Below, one piece after another: positions 24,801 to 35,200 of a DNA stretch of 64,000 nt; the first letter of the stretch is position 1, and each line of letters starts with the position of its first letter. The translations under genes and the position numbers were made by a program. Source of the stretch: Klebsormidium nitens (Eukaryota; Plantae; Klebsormidiophyceae); assembly GCA_000708835.1 (NCBI GenBank), contig DF237113.1:62001-126000 (forward strand), in the 5' to 3' direction. The notes beneath the pieces were generated by a model. That model had not been told where the DNA came from. It did no database searches and worked only from the letters and a program-made list of their open reading frames with translations.

Positions 24801-27800
24801 GGGTCGATGATGTCAGGCTGCTTCACCGCTGACTTCATCTTTTGTCGTCCAAAGCTCTCCAGTTGGATAATCTGGAATCAGGGAAATCACGTGAGGGCAG
24901 ATTGTCAAGAGTTGGGATATCCAAGTGCGGGTTGACTCGCTCTTTAAGTAAACAAAGTACCATTGCTTTGTCTGCTTCCAAATGACCTAGCTGCTAAAAC
25001 AACAATGTCTATACCTCAATATGTCAAGTGCAAAGTTACACCAATCAATTTGCTTATCAAATGATGCCAAAACAAGTCTGACCCAGGAGCCAAAAGTATA
25101 TCTTCCTTTGGACTGCTCTGTCTGGCTCTGGAGGAGTGCAAGCCGAATAGTTTCAAGAACACCTGACAAACCGTCCAAACATTCCCAAGCTTTGACGATC
25201 TGACTACACCTGACGAGGCGAATCTTCATGTGTTCGAAGGACAACCCATACCACAGGTCCAGCCAGAGGAAGCTGCTACAGTGCATTTTCATATAGCTCG
25301 TGTTCACAAGTCTGTATAATCAACCGCACCAAAAAGCTTGACCTTCCAAATCACGTATCCTCACCTGCTCAAAAGATAGCCCGTACCACAGGTCCAGCCA
25401 GCAGAAGCAGTTTCGATGCGTCAGCAGGAAGATGTCCCGGACCCCCTTGCATATGAACTTCTCCGCCCGGTTCTGGACGCCCCAATACCCGCAATAGGCT
25501 TTCACTACCTTGTACGCACACATTGTCGGGGACGCCGTTTTCTGCCAGCCAGGCTTAAGAGGGCCGAGTCTGCATGAGAAGAAGGAAGTAGACATTATCT
25601 AAAGGAAGGTTCAACGATAACGAGGAACTTTCACGAAGATGAAGACGGCTCGGCTTAGTAGGGGTCGTAGGGTGCATCGGAAGTGGGGTGCGGAGCAGTC
25701 GCACTGTGTTAAGATTCCGGGTATTAGCTGATGCGATACTTTCCCTTACACTGACTCTCTTGAATTGGGATCTCGACTAGAGTAGATGCTGTACGGGGAG
25801 ATTTTGACGAGCGCCTTCTAAGTTCAGGTGCACAATCTTACAGGTCAAACCTGTTGGAACGCCTGGTTTGACCCGATCAGATGCAAAAGCTCTCTTCCGT
25901 CGCTCAAGCCATGTTCCAGAAAAGCCGCGCGAATGTCCTTGACCCTGCGCCCTTTCTGGTAAGCTTGGACACTGCGAGGCCCGAACTCTTGGCTGGCGTG
26001 GCAGCTTCTTCAACTGAAGGCCCGGTTTTTAGGAATCCGTTCAAACCGCTATGAGGATTTGTACCCTTACCCTGTGAGCTTCGACGCGACAAGGCCCGGG
26101 TCCTGGTCGGGGCGGTAGTCTCGTTTTGCCACTTTGTCCATCAGAATGTCCATGTAGTCGATCTTCCGCTGCGCAAGCTCCTCTGGGTCGAGGTTTAAGG
26201 CGTTCGGGTCGGACCCGTCGTCGTCTAGATGGATGGAATGCACCTCGATCCTCAACTGCGAAACAGACCAAAAAGAGTTCCTGATCATGATTAGAAACAG
26301 AGCAAAGATTCCTTTGGTTGTCGGTTGTTTACCTTGCGTTGACTGAGGGCATCTGTTTCAGGTTCAAGGGCGTTCGGCTTCAGGTCGTCATATAATTAAG
26401 TTGAATGCACCTCAATCAAGTACTGCAAGAGGCGGATTTCCGCAACGAAGTCTTGAAACAAGATAAGAAACTGAAAGTTTCAAACTCCTGAAAGTTCAAA
26501 CTCCTTCTGAAAGTTTACAAGGTCATTCTGCACTGCTGCACAAGCAATTCAAGCGGATGCTTGGTGTTTTCAGAAGCCAAATTGGTGAAACTCCTAGGAA
26601 AGACGGGTTTGACTTCCAACCTCACGTGGACCGTAAATGGAGATTTCGGAAAGATGGCGGACCATGCGTTGAGAAGCACGGTACTGATCCTGATGTTGCC
26701 ATCAGTTGAAAACCAAATTTTTAACTGTTCGCAACTGGAAACCAGAGCTCAGAAGATCATTTTTACTGCTCGGAGCTCCACTGGCTGACAAATACCGCCT
26801 CTTCAAGGAGGGGCAGAGGAAATCGGGTCCGCACCTTGCTGAAGAAAGGGCATGTCATCACAGTTCTCAGGTACGGAAACGTGGACCATGTCTTCTCATC
26901 GATCACCAACGCGTTTGCTGGGACCAGCTTTGTGACCCAGTCTGGTAAGCGGTCCCCCAGTCGGTACACTGAGTGCGAGAACGTGCCCTCGCCGTATTGC
27001 TCGTCGTAGAAGGGGGAGGAGCTCAGTAGCTGCCCTCCCTGCCCCTCTTGCGTTTGTTGCTCTGCAAGGAGAGGCAAGATCTGGAACCCGTTCTTTGAGT
27101 CAACTCTTAGTAACTTTCGGTCGTTTCATACCTCAGCCCCATATTGCTCTTTGGAGAAAGTGAAGGGGTAGGCCCGGATCCATGGCCCCCTGTTCCATCC
27201 TCAGTGGTAAATCACTCGTTTGCATTTTGGCTGTGTTAGGAAGCAGTGTTTGGAGTTTGATCTCGTTTGTTCTATGCTGTATTGCTTCTGTTGCTGGAAT
27301 GTGTGTGGCAACTGACCTGCCCAGGCCCTCTGGATATTGTAGATACGCCTGGCTTCAGACATGTGCTGGTGCACTTGGCAGTTGAAAAGGATAGTTACGT
27401 ACTTCTAGAAAGTGCCTAGGTAGACAAAGAAGAACACTCAGCCTCAGCAATTTGTATAAACTATTCCCGCCGCAAATAACACCCTCAATCAGAGAAAGAT
27501 ACAAGCATCAAAAACATTTGACATCTCCACTTAGCTGATTCCGCAACAAAGCCACCATAGATTCCAAGCGCTGTCCAAAGCAGGGTGTGGTGGTACTAAG
27601 TGAAAACCCTCCAACATCATTTCGAAGTACCGTCTTATTTCGCCCGTCACCTTTTCCCTGCGTTTCTTGTCAAGAAAAGGAATAAAAGACAATCTGCAGT
27701 AACTACTGCTCTCATCAGACTTTTTCAAACAAGAACAAGTGCCACTCGTTCCTCCGCAATTGTTGCGCCCAGCCAAGGGGCTTGCCTGCATTTGTCTCCT

Positions 27801-28081
27801 CTCATGGGGCTCAGAATAAAGTCCATTTTGACAGACAGCAAAAAAGCAAAGTAAAAGAAGTATGTAGAGAACGATTTTGTGTTTTTTGAAAGCGCTTCAA
27901 GGAGTGAGGGGACTGGACTAAATACACTCTGATCCAATCAACCCACGCTTTCAACTTCTCAAAACACTGATGTACAAGGAAAATACTCACCGTTTGTCTT
28001 CCAGTTAGAATAACGCATGCCCCGCTTGAACTCTTCCACTGTCATCGGGAGCACAATGCGGAACTCCTGCAACTGGACCAT
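15864..28081 (-). CDS. Multidomain protein (~915 aa): PITP (IP_trans, START-fold) + acidic FFAT-like motif + B-box zinc finger + DUF547
   Basis: 16 GT-AG exons, all phases compatible: 28081-27991, 27061-26835, 26255-26071, 25569-25365, 24871-24704, 24033-23856, 23237-23059, 22598-22463, 21892-21711, 21248-21045, 20098-19788, 19085-18986, 18674-18463, 17284-17141, 16473-16398, 16013-15864 (TAA); 2748 nt in total. PITP: MVQLQEFRIVLPMTVEEF, VIDEKTWSTFPYLRT, GPLKPGW, MCAYKVV, WGVQNRAEKFI, FCWLDLWYGLS. B-box: CQVC...ACETCGEIFCAACFGEWH...THKR. DUF547: LSHEEKLAFWINVYNTLLLH, IEHSILR, EPLVSFALCSG, VLVPKIMHWYANDF, YQWDFRYL. Confidence 0.82.
17950..18360 (-). repeat. Three decayed tandem copies (155-170 bp period) of DUF547 exon 13 tail plus donor site
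   Basis: Real donor GT at 18462-61; echo donors at about 18292, 18137 and 17977, each preceded by a gcaccggttc.agagc.gg.atcc...atggc-like exon tail. Confidence 0.85.
21900..22025 (-). repeat. Intronic copy of the acceptor plus head of exon 9 of the PITP fusion gene
   Basis: gcgtgcag|gttgtctcgtcacagcgtcg...ccccctcggcttggatcg at AG 22014-13 vs real gcgtgcag|gtagtcttgtcacggcgtcg at AG 21894-93 (120 bp period). Confidence 0.88.
24100..24335 (-). repeat. Two intronic copies of the acceptor plus head of exon 6 (EDRRGERRRI)
   Basis: ttgcag|gaggatagaagaggcgaaaggc at AG 24035-34 (real) and 24179-78; more decayed ttgcag|gagggaaacacgcgaaaagc at 24326-25. Confidence 0.88.
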
Positions 28082-28766
28082 CTTCGCCCGTTCTCAAGGC
28101 AGCGTCGTCTGCACTTGTCAAAGTGGCCCTTGATCAGCTAAGTAACATTGAAGCAACTTAAAGTGCTCCCTAGGCTTCCGCTGCCTATGTGCACTATTGT
28201 GACCGGTTGGCAGTCATCTGAAAGCTCTGCAGGTGGCACCCATGTTACTTAGAAATCTGTCTGATAATATTTGTGATAATATGCCTGTATTCCATAAAGG
28301 TTTACACGTTCCGAAGCACATGCACTCTTCACCTCCCTTTTCTGCATGGACTTTCAACCCGTTGTGGTTCGCGACAAGCTCCAACAAATCACTGATTGGA
28401 AAGCAGCAGAAGCAGGCTGTAGGACCCTACTCAGCAGCAATCTGCATCAGATGGAGCGTCAAACTGGTGGTACAAAGGCGCCCTTCTGCTCAGGACTGGG
28501 CGAATCTGCTACGCGCCCGCGTCGCCCAGCTACTCTAGAGTCTGATGTCGTCACTCTTGCAAGGTTCCAGCCTCGTGCGGAGGATTCCAACTAGAGAGGG
28601 GCGCTTGATGAACATCTTAGTAGGTACACCGCCCGACCACGCGCCGCGCGGCCGCCGTCCGGGCCGCCACGCGGACAGATTGCAGATCATACGGTATGAA
28701 AGTGCATTTAAGCTATACGGTACCTGGTAATACTGTACCTGGTAATACATACATACAATGTACCTA

Positions 28767-29041
28767 CCGTATGGCACGACCCTTTCACACCTCCTCGCTG
28801 CGAACAATTATGTTTTCGCTTTTTATTTTTCACACCAGCCCAGCGACCAATTTCAAAATTTCACACCAAGGAGGAAACCCTAATTTATTAGCAGTGCAAA
28901 CCACCGTATTTGCACGTAACCGCAACCCTAACCAGCTTTTCTTTGTTTCACAATTTCACACCGGCCTGTTCAGAATTATTTATTTTTTTCACACAAGCCC
29001 AAACCAAATATTTTTGGTGTGAAAGGGTCGTGCCACTACGG
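28767..29041. mobile_element. 275-bp MITE with TA target-site duplication (Tc1/mariner-type) in the divergent promoter between the PITP fusion gene and the EMB1579-like gene
   Basis: TIRs CCGTA(G)TGGCACGACCCTTTCACACC at 28767-28791 and 29016-29041 (the inner 20 bp are a perfect inverted match); TA at 28765-66 and 29042-43; internal repeated tttcacacc motif. Confidence 0.85.
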
Positions 29042-29269
29042 TACTATCATGTACCGTAGGCTCAGCTGATATGGGTGCCTTTTCTCGCGTGAGGGAGCGT
29101 GCGCTTGCGAAGCGGCTGGGACGAGGCGCCCGTGAGGAAGGGAAGGGATTCTGGCTCCAAAGGGTTTCCTTTGTTTAGAAAACTGTCAAGCCCTTCTGCT
29201 TGAGCGTCACGGCGTTCTGACAGGCTCAGCGTAGCTGCCACAGGCCTTTTGGTTGGGTAATCAGGCCCA

Positions 29270-32200
29270 ATGGATCAATGGAATGGCGCGTACGGGCAGC
29301 AGGTATGTTTGTTGCACTCATAATTCCAAGTCGGTTATGGTATGCGCAAGGTGTTTTGGATTGCAGGGGAAATTACAGGCTAGTCAGGTTAGATTTTTGA
29401 AAGCGTAGGTGATGTTGTTGCTTAATCTGGACAATGGTGGTCCTCGATAGACTTTGATGCTTCTGACTAGACTGTTGAAGAGTTGGTCTTGTTGGGTTTT
29501 CCACTGGCGATGTACCACTAACTTCGGCTTTCTAAATGTGGATGACCATCAGACTTGCTGAATAGAGCATCTGCTGTTGCAGGGACAACAAGGGTATGAC
29601 TACAACGCTGCTTATGGCACTACGGTGAGGCTTGTTTTGACAGTGCTTCCTTTCTGCAATTCTATTCTTGGCTGGCAGAGTTTTATGCTCAACGTTGCTA
29701 CTCACCCTAAAACCAACATATTCACCGTTGGACACTTTTTTGAACTTCCACCATTGACCAAGTAAAGTCTAATACGGCTTTGCAACAGAGGAGGGAAGCG
29801 CATGTGTTTCAATTCTGCGAAGGTGGCGGGATGAATGGCCTTAAGCCTTCGTAAGGGTAAAACCCGAAGATAAGGCCAAGTCAGAGCCTGATTGAATGGT
29901 GGCAAAAGCCAAGGATTCAATAAGAAATATTTCTTTCTCTACAGGGTGCGGGAGCAACAACGGCCGCTTATGCCACCGGTACTGTGGGCGCTTATGGGGC
30001 AGGCGATACCAGCACCGCCGCCGGGGCGCAGTATGGGGCTGGAGCGTACAGTGCTTCAGGAGTGGGTGCTGTAAGGGCTTTTGTGCTAAAGCTGCACCAT
30101 TGTCTAGCCGCACCCGTATACATTCTCTCCGACATGCTGTCTCCAGGCACGCCTTGTTTCTTATCAGTCGTTTGTATTCGTGCACTTGCGCTTGCGAGCT
30201 TATGATGGTTATGTGGAAGGCTTCTGTGTGTGTAAGTACGCATCGCATCTGCTTTTCCAGGGAGGCTACGGAGCGACAGGCTACGGCGCGGCAGATACAA
30301 GCTCAGCAGTGAGTTGCCATGCCCTCTTCGCTCCTTGTGCATCTTGTCTCCAAGAAGCCTGCAATTTGCCCTCTTGTCGCCGAGAAATCACTTTTCCCCC
30401 AAGTGCTGAATGTTACTTGAAGTGTTTCTTTAGTTCATGTCGCGTAGGCACCTCTTCAGACCCACCCCCACATGTGCCCCCACACCTGCACCCCCCCAGT
30501 CCTCATGCAAAGCTGCCTTGTAGCCTGCTCACTTATATTCTTCATGTGAGCGCAACCTGTCTTTTGAAGCTGCTTTTATTTGTGCTCGCTGCAGGCCCGT
30601 TTCGGAGCGGCTGGCGGCACCTCCACTTTCGGTGCGGGGGCCCAGTCATATGCGCAGGGCGGAGCGGGAGGGTATGGCGGGTATGCTGGTCAGCAGGTGG
30701 GGTTCTCAAAACACACATGTACAGACTCCAACTTTGGTTCGCTGCCAATCTAGCTGCCTATGAATGATTTCTCTTGTATTTGCTGGGTACGCTCTTGCAT
30801 CTTGTTCCCGGCAGACAAGTTGCATATGGGCACATGAATCGCCATTAATATTCTTTGAAGGCTGGCTTGAGAAAAAGCAACCTGCTTTGTTGGTGTGATG
30901 AGAGTCTTACTTTCTGGCCTGTGGTAAGGTCTCATTGTCTTGATGAGGGCGCAATAGGGAAAGGTGACATGTTGAGATTCAGCTTCCGGAGTTGTGAGAG
31001 TCGGAGCCTTGGAGGTTTCCTTAGTTCTTGGCTTTGCAAAGGGGTCAATGCAGATTAAGTCGTCACTCTTGATGGTAATCTCCGGGGTGGCTCCAAACTT
31101 CTTGTTGTTGTGACCAATTCAAATGCTAGTCTTAGTATGCTACTTTTAGTAACATCTCGGGGCTGGCCCCATGCAGTTTTTGAAAGTTCTGGCAATCATT
31201 GTGCCGTCCTTGTGCAGGCTGGGGCTGCCCGGGGGGGCCAAGACCTGGAACAAACTCTCCAACAGAAGCTGTTGGAGAAGCAGCGTCTGGTGGGTTTTAG
31301 CATGTCAGATTCAGTTTCTTATTGTCTTCATCGGGTGTTGAGGTTCGGAGATTGTCGGTTGTTAATATTCAGGCCGTCCGACTCGAGATTTTTGCATCTC
31401 CGTGCGCACGCGATGGACCTCCATGATTTTGGACGTTTCCAGCAGACCCCAGACTACTGAGCATGGATTTGCAAGTGTGTATATACGTATGAGGCTTCTG
31501 TCAACGCTCGTAAACTCACCATCGCAAACATTCATTATCATGTTCAGGTCCAGGAGTGTTTGCGATTAAATCACTTTGGTTGACGCACTCCGCCGCTTCC
31601 GTTCAGGTCCAACAGGAGGCCCTGCGGCTGCAGGCGGAGCGTGCCCGCGCCGAAGCAGAGGCGCGCGCGCGCGCACAGGCACAGCAGGCACAGCAGTTGC
31701 AGATGCAAAGGCAAGCGGAGCAGCAACGGCTCTTGCAGCAGCAGCAACAGCAGCAGGCCGCGCTGGCAGCAGCGCAGGCAAGACCTGGGTTGCAGAGCGC
31801 CGCGGGGCGGGGGACGGGGTTAACCGGGTACAGCGGAGTGTACGGAACAGGTGAGCTTCTTGATTGGATTATAAGGTGGGGGAAGGGGGTGGTGGCCCGG
31901 GGAGGGGTAGATTGATTGGTGGCGAGTTGGGAAGTCTGTCGATAACAAGGCGACGAGGCTGTGGTTGACAGAGACAGAAGCCGTTGAACCCAATAACGGG
32001 TTCTGACTGGGTGCAGCCGGCAGGCACTGTTACAGCCAGGGTCGTTTCACCACATCAGAGAAGCTACTTAGTTCTGCCGGTCAGTCAGCAGCACAGAAAC
32101 GTTTTATTGTTTTAGCTTTTACTCATCGCCAGAGCTTACGCATATTCGTGTCACTTTCTGTCAGGCGGCGTTCGTGGTCCGGCCCCTTTTGCCCAGACCG

Positions 32201-35200
32201 GCTTCTCCGGTGGCGGCGGCATGCAGTCAGCAGCGCAGATGTACGCTCAGCAGGCTCAGCAACCGCCGATCCAGACGGGCGCCCTCTCGCCGCCCAACAT
32301 GGGTTTCCGGGCAGGGGGAGCGCGTGTCGAGCCCCCCCGAACGTTCCAGGGGGGTCGTGACGATAGACGGGACGATCGCAGGTCAGCTCACAGATGGCGT
32401 CTCTTGCAGCTTTTTGTTGATCTGCTAGAATTGGCCAGCAAAGCCAGGTCGAGAGTTGGGCCCGATTGGGATGCATGCGTGCTGACGCTGAGTAGTATGC
32501 TCGTCAATGTGCAAGAGGAGTCGCGCTTTTGGATGCGAGAACGTTTTCTCGCTTTGCGTATATCTGCATCGTGGAAACCGTACATACTTGATGGGTCTTC
32601 AGGAGATTTCTGTAAGTTCGCGCCAGCCACTGGGTCAGTTCGGAAATCACGGGTCAAGTCGCATCTGCTTGATAAGTAGTCCACTGAGTCGTCTAGCCAG
32701 GGTACTTACTGGTTTTTAACCTTCCCTGTCGTCTCTCTCTCTTCGCTTCCGTTTTTGTGTTCACCTTCGGGGAAGACCTTGTTTTGGAAAGGAACAGTGG
32801 AATGGATTCTGTGAAGGCTGACGAACCTCCGCTGTGGCAGGGACGACCGCTTCGACCGTCGCGGCCCAAGGGAGCCCTATCGGGAGGGGTCCAAGGACGA
32901 CTATAGGAGGGCAAGGTCTCCCCCCCGCCGGCGATCGCCCCCGAGAAGGTCCCCTCCTCGGCGCAGGTCAGGACGCAATTCCAGATTGGCATGCTCGCAA
33001 AATTCACTTGGCTAGAGTAGCGAGGTGGTTCGCGGGCCTGTACTGGGGAAAGTGTGCACGACTTGAACCTCTCGAGAGGCGGGTCCGCTTGAGACGGGGA
33101 TGTTGAAGTCAGTTGTTGGGTCAGAGTTCTGTGTGCTTAGTCAAGCATGCAGTCCAAACTCGGGGCGGGGAGTCCTTCGGCGCGATTCTGAATTGCCAAC
33201 GCGTGCGGTAGCTTGTTTATCCCGAAGCAGTCAACGAACGCTGAACTGGTGCCAGCCTTTGAGCTGTAAACGTGATGCGCAGGCTTTTGGAACCGGAAAA
33301 AAAACGCGGAAATTCTGAATTCCAAGCGCTGACCGTGTTGCAGGTTCGACAGCCCTCCAGCAACCAGGCGGACATCTCTGGGGTCGAAAGGAGGAAAGGT
33401 GGGCGTCCGGTGCCTTGCAAAGGTTGTGCTTTTATTAAGATCATCACCGCAACCCTTATCGCCTGTTTCGCAGTGCTTCCAGATGTGTAGTTCTTGTCTG
33501 AGGGCTCGGCACTATTGGCCCCGTATGCGGTGGCATCTGGAACAGGGCATGCCTGCTCAGCCAACATTCCGGCGTTTGACAGAAGTTTCGACTTTCGATA
33601 AGCAACAGCTCTCAACATGGATACATTCATTTTTGCCAGCTAGTTTGCCTTGCTTTGGGTTGCATGCCAACTAATCAATTGGATTGGTTTTGTAGGTCGA
33701 GCCCTTCACGTGGTTGGAATACGAAAGGGATGTCCAGTCAATTACTCGAAGGTACCCCAGGCTAGTGGTTTCGCCCGAATTCTCGAAGGTAAGGGGTCCC
33801 GTCTTCTCTCCTTATTTGTCAGATATGCGGACCTTTCTCACGGAAGGGGTCCTGTAAATGGTTGCGAAAGCGACCTACGTTGTGCTAAGAGGACGTTATG
33901 GATAAAGAGAAGTGTCTGATGCCTTCTACCTCTGACGTAATATTGGATGTTTGAGTTCGCTCTGGCGATCTGGTGGGCTGCATTCGGTTTTGATTTATAA
34001 GGTGTGTTGATTGATTCCCAAGACCGTTGGAGTGGAAATGCTTTCTTCACCTGAGTGTTAAGATGCTTGATAGGAAGCATCTGTACGTGCGGTGATGTTT
34101 AGCACTGGTTCCTTTTTTGGTGCATGCCTCTTGATTCATCTGGTGAAATGGTTTTGAGACGAAGGGTCAAGCTACTAACCTAGCTCCTTAGTAAGCAGAA
34201 AACGCCTGAGTCAAAAAAGAAAATCCTCATCAAGTTTCATCTCGAAACCTGAGTTCCTTCTTGCAGTTGGTGGCTTGCTGGGTCAAGAGCGATGCCCTCG
34301 ACATCCCGCTGAACAAGCACGTGCAGTGAGTCCGCTTCAAAACAACTTGAAGATCGAACATTGTTTCGTGGCAAGACAGATTGGTGATTAGCATGCTGCG
34401 GACGATCATTCCACAGCTTGTGAAGCAAGAGACCCTTTTTAGAAGAGAAGGTCCTTAATCTGGTGCGCAAAAGCGGAGTAGGACGGCGTGATAACGAACA
34501 AGTGGCAGCAGAACAGACAGTCTGCAGCAGTACATCAAATTTGTTTCAGGCCTTCACAGAACCACATGAGTCGCATGTTGCAATTCGCACCCTGCTTTGA
34601 GCTTACGAGCCTCTAGAAACGAACCACTCTCAAACTACTCTTCGATGCATTTTGTAGTTTGTTGACATGGTTTCTGTCTTCTCCACAGATTTGAGCACGA
34701 GCTCGTCGATGCGGAGGCCGACGAAGCTCCGGCTCCCGAGGGCGACAAGCACGCGGCTAAGGCGGCTGATGGCGAGAAAAATGGGGACGTGGCAAAGCAC
34801 GAGCCGTCAGTGGAGAAGGCGCCTGAGGCTGCCAAGACGTACCCAGTTGGACACGTCGTCTACAACGCGAAGGTGGGCGATAATAATCTATAGCCTTATC
34901 CTTTTCGGATTCTTCCGAGCCTCTCAGACAGCTCAGTTGTTTGCAATCAGACGAGAACGGCAGGCTCACTTCTCTCGCTTCGTTGGTTCTTGCAACTTCT
35001 AAGAGGGGTGCGACAGTCTGGCAACGACGTATATGCATGCACCGCCTTTCTAGGACCAGAGCTATCGGGCAGGATTCAGCTGCTGTGGTGTTAGACCAGG
35101 AAAAGCTTCCACTTTCGAGCATCGACGATGCCAGCGTATTGCATCCAAAAATCAACGAGACACGTTTTCTCTGATCTCGTCTCTTCGATTAAATTGGGCG

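Noticed and set aside
23921-24832. 303-aa + strand ORF (and 296-aa - strand ORF 23584-24474) with internal repeats
   Set aside because: Explained by exon 6 of the PITP gene plus its in-frame intronic echoes; not an independent gene.
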